DNA of 50,804 nucleotides from Clostridiales bacterium (GTDB lineage Bacteria; Bacillota; Clostridia; Lachnospirales; WRAX01): NCBI GenBank assembly GCA_031271375.1, contig JAISVU010000175.1, positions 1 to 50,804 of the forward strand, read 5' to 3'. Shown piece by piece: positions 46,551 to 50,804 of this stretch (position 1 is its first letter; each line of letters starts with the position of its first letter). The notes under the pieces were generated by a model. It saw only the letters and a program-made list of their open reading frames with translations, ran no database searches and was not told where the DNA came from. The position numbers and the translations under genes were made by a program.

Positions 46551-46593
46551 TTGAAACGGCGTAGAAAAACTATTATCAGGAAAGGTGTTGTGT

Positions 46594-47145
46594 ATGGGGG
46601 TTATTGAGCGGATTATAGAAACCATCCGGAACTACGCGCTGTCAAAGGGTTATGATGTAAAGCCGCCTAAGGAGCATGTGGAAGAAGTCGAGATTGAAGA
46701 CGACCATGAAGTGGAACAGGATACCATCAGAGCCGATGAGAGGTTTACCGCCGCGATAGAGCGGGCCGAGTTAATAGGGGACAGGCGTCCCCGCCGTGCC
46801 GCAATACCTACAGGAGGGTCTAAAGTGCATAGCTTCCCCAAGTCCAGTGTTCATCAGAATTTGATGATCTTGGAGCCGCAGTCCATCGACGAGTCGGGCG
46901 AGATCAGCGAGTACATCAAAGAAGGCCAGATTGTGATCGTAAAACTTGAAGGGCTTAAATTCGAGGCGGCGCAGCGCATCGTGGATTTCCTCAGCGGCGT
47001 GGTAAGAGCGCTGGACGGCCAAATTGAGCATGTCTCTAATAAAATTTTCGTCGTGGCGCCTCAGCATGTGGATATCTCCAGCATGATTAATGACGACTCA
47101 AGGGAAGGCGGCATCCTCGCTTCCTTAAAGGCTTCGTTCAGGTGA
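46594..47145 (+). CDS. sepF: Cell division protein SepF
   Basis: The C-terminal SepF core reads IVIVKLEGLKFEAAQRIVDFLSGVVRALDGQIEHVSNKIFVVAP. The gene lies between yggS and yggT. Confidence 0.85.
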   Translation: MGVIERIIETIRNYALSKGYDVKPPKEHVEEVEIEDDHEVEQDTIRADERFTAAIERAELIGDRRPRRAAIPTGGSKVHSFPKSSVHQNLMILEPQSIDESGEISEYIKEGQIVIVKLEGLKFEAAQRIVDFLSGVVRALDGQIEHVSNKIFVVAPQHVDISSMINDDSREGGILASLKASFR

Positions 47146-47177
47146 TTCGCTAATATTACCAAGCAAGAGGTTTTTTG

Positions 47178-47486
47178 ATGGCCGGAGTGCAGTCGCTGAT
47201 AGTGAACGCTGTTTATGTGTTCTCGTCGGTTATGAAGATTCTTTTAATAGCGCGGGTTTTGCTGTCCTGGCTTCCCAGCCTCGGTTTCGGGGGAGGCGGA
47301 GTGCTGGGCAGAATTTCCGGTGTTATTGTAACGCTTACCGAACCCATACAAGGCCCCATACGCGCCATGCTGGACAAATCGCCGATAAAGGGCGTCAACA
47401 CTGTTGTTGATTTTTCTCCGATATTATCGCTCTTTGTTATTGACGCGATAGCCCTGATAATAACGCGGATCATCACAGTTCTATAG
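47178..47486 (+). CDS. yggT: YggT family membrane protein
   Basis: The product is about 100 aa and contains LLIARVLLSW, with the conserved position after sepF. An AGAGG RBS lies 7 nt before the ATG. Confidence 0.8.
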   Translation: MAGVQSLIVNAVYVFSSVMKILLIARVLLSWLPSLGFGGGGVLGRISGVIVTLTEPIQGPIRAMLDKSPIKGVNTVVDFSPILSLFVIDAIALIITRIITVL

Positions 47487-47525
47487 TATTAATATAAAAA
47501 ATTAAACAATGAAAGCAACATAAAC

Positions 47526-47569
47526 AGCGAAGAACCTTTCAACCATTTTACTGGGGAAGGTTCTTCGCT
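47526..47569. terminator. Bidirectional terminator hairpin between yggT and the bactofilin gene
   Basis: A 13-bp stem AGCGAAGAACCTT / AAGGTTCTTCGCT encloses an 18-nt loop, between convergent genes. Confidence 0.55.
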
Positions 47570-47604
47570 ATTGTATGTTCAGATGCCTGCTTCTTAATGA
47601 TCGG

Positions 47605-48360
47605 TTATTCTATGTCCTCGGCGTCCTCCTCTTCCTCCGCCTCTCCTTCCGGTTCTTCCTCTTCGGATAAATCCTCGTCATAAGCCTCGGGCAGGCCTTC
47701 CGCCTCAGCTTCGGGTTCCGTTTCGGTTTCCTCTTCCGCAACAGCTTCCAAGCCCGCGTCGTCTTCCTCTTCCAGCTCGTAGTTCAGGTCGTGCCACCCG
47801 CTGTCGTCCTCCGGCGGTTCCGGTGTTTCGGCGGCCTCAGCCTCATCGGAGGCTTCCGCATACTCCGGCTCTGGAACAGTGTAACCTTCGGCGGGAAGGT
47901 CTGCCGTGCCAAGAAGCTTAGAACTGCCATCCATCATAGTAACGGCGGTCTCGTTAATCTTCTTGAGCTTCTTGTTAAGCGTTCCGCTTTTAGCGATCAT
48001 CGTGTTTACACCGTTGAAGACAGCTCCGTCCTCAATGCTTATCGCGGTGCAGCTGATATCGCCGGTGACGCTGGCGGTGGACTTCAAGCTGGCGTAGGAA
48101 CTGAGCTGCAGATTTCCCTCCACGATACCGGCTATTACGGCGAAGGTGCTGATAATGTTACCCTTGACATAGCCTGTTTCGGTGACGATAACCTCGCCGT
48201 CAACATTGATGTCGCCGAACACAAGCCCGCTTACCATAACGGAATTGATGCCCTTGAGGGCGCCGCCCATCATCGTTAAGCCCTCCCCAATAACGGTGTT
48301 TGGGACGAAGTTAGGATCCTCTCCGTATCTTGGGCGCTTTTGCTGAAAAATACCCAACAT
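47605..48360 (-). CDS. Bactofilin (polymer-forming cytoskeletal protein) with long acidic C-terminal tail
   Basis: The beta-helix repeats read SGLVFGDINVDGEVIVTETGYVKGNIISTFAVIAGIVEGNL..VTGDISCTAISIEDGAVFNG. The tail is rich in E/D/A/P. Confidence 0.8.
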   Translation of the reverse strand: MLGIFQQKRPRYGEDPNFVPNTVIGEGLTMMGGALKGINSVMVSGLVFGDINVDGEVIVTETGYVKGNIISTFAVIAGIVEGNLQLSSYASLKSTASVTGDISCTAISIEDGAVFNGVNTMIAKSGTLNKKLKKINETAVTMMDGSSKLLGTADLPAEGYTVPEPEYAEASDEAEAAETPEPPEDDSGWHDLNYELEEEDDAGLEAVAEEETETEPEAEAEGLPEAYDEDLSEEEEPEGEAEEEEDAEDIE

Positions 48361-48393
48361 GCCGATGCCTCCTTTCGGATATATTATCCGTAA

Positions 48394-50052
48394 CTAATAC
48401 CCGCCGGTTTCGCCTGTATCCGCCGGAGTGGTTGTCTCCTGCGGAATAGGTGCCAGCGGTTGAATGGATGAACTTTCCTGGAGCGTATAGGTCATTCTCA
48501 TTTCCCTCAGGTTGTTGGTATTGGCGAACAGCACAATTGAGGTCCAATCGGCGTACCCGTCCTTTACAAACCGCACATTGTGCTGGCCAAGCTCGACATC
48601 CACGCTTAACGGGTCGGTAAGGTTGGGGTCTGTGGTGAGGCCGACATATCTGTCGTCAATATAGACCTCCGCCCCGGACGGAACCGTGATCGGCGTATAT
48701 TTTATCGTCTCCGGCAGAACCGGCCTCGGCGTCGGCGTGGGGGTCGGCAGCATTTCAATTTGCACTGTCAGAGCAGGCGCGTTGAGATCCACAGTGTGCT
48801 GGAACGGCTCATACCCGAAAGCCGTCGCCTTTATCTCATACAACCCAAACAGCAGGGGCAGCGCGTCGTCAAGGCTCACGGGATTGTCATTAACGGTAAG
48901 ATACACGTCGGGGACGTTGGAGGTAAAATACATCGAGCCGTACTTCATCTGAACGCCGGCAAGGTCTACCGTAACGGTTTCGCCGCCCGTGACGGTTACG
49001 TCGCGCTGGAAAATCTCGATATTCTGCCCTTTGACAACAACCTTGTGGATACCTTCCGGCACGCTGAAGCTGCGGCTTTCTTCCAGCTTGGCGTAGGTCA
49101 GGTTGCCGATCTCGACCGAGCCGTCTTTTATATATTCGTTATGGACGATGTCGATAACGCCGTGGCCCGTGGTTATGTCCATAAACATCGCGACGGTCTT
49201 ATATACCCTGAGCGTCACTCTGTCTTCGGGAGCAAGAGCGGCGGGATCCTGTTCCTTGCCCTTATAGAGGCAAACGAACTCAGGGCCGTAGATATAGGTC
49301 TTGTTGCCAACGGTAATTCTGTTGTTTTCCGCGTCCACTATGACGCCTTCAAGGTTAAAGAAGGTCTGGGCCTGGGGGCTCTGCTGGATGGATATCAGCA
49401 CCGAGTCGTCCTCAAGATAAGCGATATCTACAACATCCCCCTGCTTGAATTCAGCAAAAACCAGGCTTCCGCCGTGCTTGTCCTTCATTACTGTGCCGCC
49501 GGAGGCCGTCATATAAAAGGTTCTGCCGTCCAAAATCCCATATAAGGTAAAGGTTCTTGTGTCCGGGTCTGTGGCTTTGATCAAGCAAACCTGTTTAACC
49601 TCTTTAGCCGCCGGGACTAAGGGCAAGCCCGCGCCAACGTCTCTTGTCGGGGCGGGAGGCGCGGTTCTGGCCTTGTCGTTAAAAGAGCTGATCATCAGCG
49701 CGAAGGCCGATACGCTCACAACGACGCCAGCGAAAATGATAAACGCCAAAAATATCCCGAAATGGGGTTTTGCCTTAGGCCGGGCCGCCGGCTTGCCGAC
49801 TGCCTGTCTGTTGTAGCCGGTTCTTTTCCTGTCCGCTCTGTCTGTATAATTAGCGGGGGGCAAATCAACGCGCCTTGTCCGCTCCGGGTCGTCTTTATAA
49901 CCTCCGCTTGCCGGGGCGCGGTAGTTTATTGTCTTGTCTCCTATTTCAATATTCACCCTGCCGGGCTGTTTACGTCTTGCGGCGTTCCTGTTCAATTCAA
50001 TCACCTTTTTAAGATACCCTTCAAAGGAACCTTTCAAAAAACCCCGAAACAT
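48394..50052 (-). CDS. Membrane-anchored PEGA-domain protein
   Basis: It has a basic cytoplasmic N-terminus and a single TM helix, FGIFLAFIIFAGVVVSVSAFALMI. PEGA-like modules are present (VPSGAEVYIDDRYVG; YEIKATAFGYEP; VRFVKDGYADW). Confidence 0.6.
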   Translation of the reverse strand: MFRGFLKGSFEGYLKKVIELNRNAARRKQPGRVNIEIGDKTINYRAPASGGYKDDPERTRRVDLPPANYTDRADRKRTGYNRQAVGKPAARPKAKPHFGIFLAFIIFAGVVVSVSAFALMISSFNDKARTAPPAPTRDVGAGLPLVPAAKEVKQVCLIKATDPDTRTFTLYGILDGRTFYMTASGGTVMKDKHGGSLVFAEFKQGDVVDIAYLEDDSVLISIQQSPQAQTFFNLEGVIVDAENNRITVGNKTYIYGPEFVCLYKGKEQDPAALAPEDRVTLRVYKTVAMFMDITTGHGVIDIVHNEYIKDGSVEIGNLTYAKLEESRSFSVPEGIHKVVVKGQNIEIFQRDVTVTGGETVTVDLAGVQMKYGSMYFTSNVPDVYLTVNDNPVSLDDALPLLFGLYEIKATAFGYEPFQHTVDLNAPALTVQIEMLPTPTPTPRPVLPETIKYTPITVPSGAEVYIDDRYVGLTTDPNLTDPLSVDVELGQHNVRFVKDGYADWTSIVLFANTNNLREMRMTYTLQESSSIQPLAPIPQETTTPADTGETGGY

Positions 50053-50803
50053 ACACCTCGTCGGCGTCGCCGCGGCCGCTGATGTCTTCCATTACGGCTT
50101 CGAAGGAACCGGGGGTCCAGGTACGTTTTTTCGAATAGTATTTTATGCAAATCTTGTAAAATTTATCCGGCAGAAGCAAGATTGCGTATAGCGCCTTCAT
50201 CTCGGCCTTCGAGAGCGGGTTTTCGGCGCAGTACAATTCTATTATTTCCGGCATGTCCATATATGACCCGGTACGCAGATGCCGCTTGATTACCGATGAA
50301 AGATCATGTAAAAAATGATCGTTGCTGCCTTCGTCGAAAGAGGTGATGAATGCCTGTTCTCCGTTTATGAGGACAGTCTCTTCCTTCAAAGCGTTGTGGG
50401 CAAAGGTTCTCGGGCGCGGCGGAACCGTAAGCAGATCAATGACGCCCGGTTCGGAGCAAATCTCCATACTGCGGTTCAAGCGTCTTTCATAGCTGTCGTA
50501 ATACTTCAAAAACATCACGTCGAAATCAGAAAGGCGGCCCTGGCGCAGAACAGTCTTTTTAAAGGAACGCAGCCGGTTCTTTTGCTTTTCAAAGCCGCCG
50601 TTCGGCATAAACTCGCCGTATTCAACGCACACGCCGGGCTTTCCTGGGAACCTTTCATAAAACCCCGCCTTGCCCGTTATCCGGTGCATTCGCGCTATTT
50701 TCCGTAAAATCTGGTGAAACTGCACATGATCGTCGAACCGCGCTTCTCTGCCCTTTATGTATGCCGAGGCGGTGTAAAGCCCGTCCTCCTGACGCACGAA
50801 GGG
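50021..50803 (-). CDS. CotS-family / phosphotransferase-like protein, N-terminus beyond the window edge
   Basis: The frame stays open to the window end. The layout is kinase-like, but the catalytic loop is degenerate (FAHNALKEE in place of HGDxxxxN; SFDEG in place of DFD). The family call is tentative. Confidence 0.4.
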   Translation of the reverse strand, partial: PFVRQEDGLYTASAYIKGREARFDDHVQFHQILRKIARMHRITGKAGFYERFPGKPGVCVEYGEFMPNGGFEKQKNRLRSFKKTVLRQGRLSDFDVMFLKYYDSYERRLNRSMEICSEPGVIDLLTVPPRPRTFAHNALKEETVLINGEQAFITSFDEGSNDHFLHDLSSVIKRHLRTGSYMDMPEIIELYCAENPLSKAEMKALYAILLLPDKFYKICIKYYSKKRTWTPGSFEAVMEDISGRGDADEVYVSGFFERFL

Positions 50804-50804
50804 T

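Noticed and set aside
1-50804. Genome-wide reassignment of TAG to a sense codon
   Set aside because: Ten CDS in the window terminate at TAG with sensible C-termini. Read-through of the mreB TAG (14212-14214) would fuse MreB in frame to MreC, and read-through of the cobB TAG (42256-42258) would fuse it to the next gene. TAG therefore functions as a stop in this organism, and any suppression would have to be partial or conditional.

Overview
This 50.8-kb chromosomal window appears to come from a moderately GC-rich, spore-forming Firmicute; the taxon is inferred from Clostridia-type gene order. The backbone is housekeeping. It holds a 5'-truncated giant repetitive surface protein with a MacB/FtsX permease, and the complete minus-strand morphogenesis cluster mreB-mreC-mreD-PBP2-minC-minD-minE-rodA-mgsA. 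It also holds murI, an ECF sigma/anti-sigma pair, a sugar ABC transporter with a GH65 phosphorylase, an AmmeMemoRadiSam pair, VanW and an Fe-S aldo/keto reductase. The rest is asp23-yloV-recG, anmK, a MOP-family flippase, a sirtuin, an HD-GYP protein, yggS-sepF-yggT, and a bactofilin-PEGA-CotS-like group. Five small accessory insertions sit in this backbone. Three are sharply AT-rich islets: a C3-like ADP-ribosyltransferase (20.8-21.5 kb), a Sel1-repeat-TIR gene (28.1-29.2 kb) preceded by tandem ~120-nt hairpin-rich repeats, and an overlapping ABC-type ATPase + HNH nuclease pair (36.1-38.0 kb, Septu-like). Two are toxin-antitoxin loci: an intact DinJ-YafQ next to mreB, and an antitoxin plus internally deleted PIN toxin wedged between minC and minD. 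Two otherwise intact genes, the FtsX permease and the Sel1-TIR gene, are each broken by a single in-frame TAG. A GC-rich hairpin followed by CTACRG recurs at one edge of each AT-rich islet. I recognised no rRNA, tRNA, CRISPR array, transposase or integrase.
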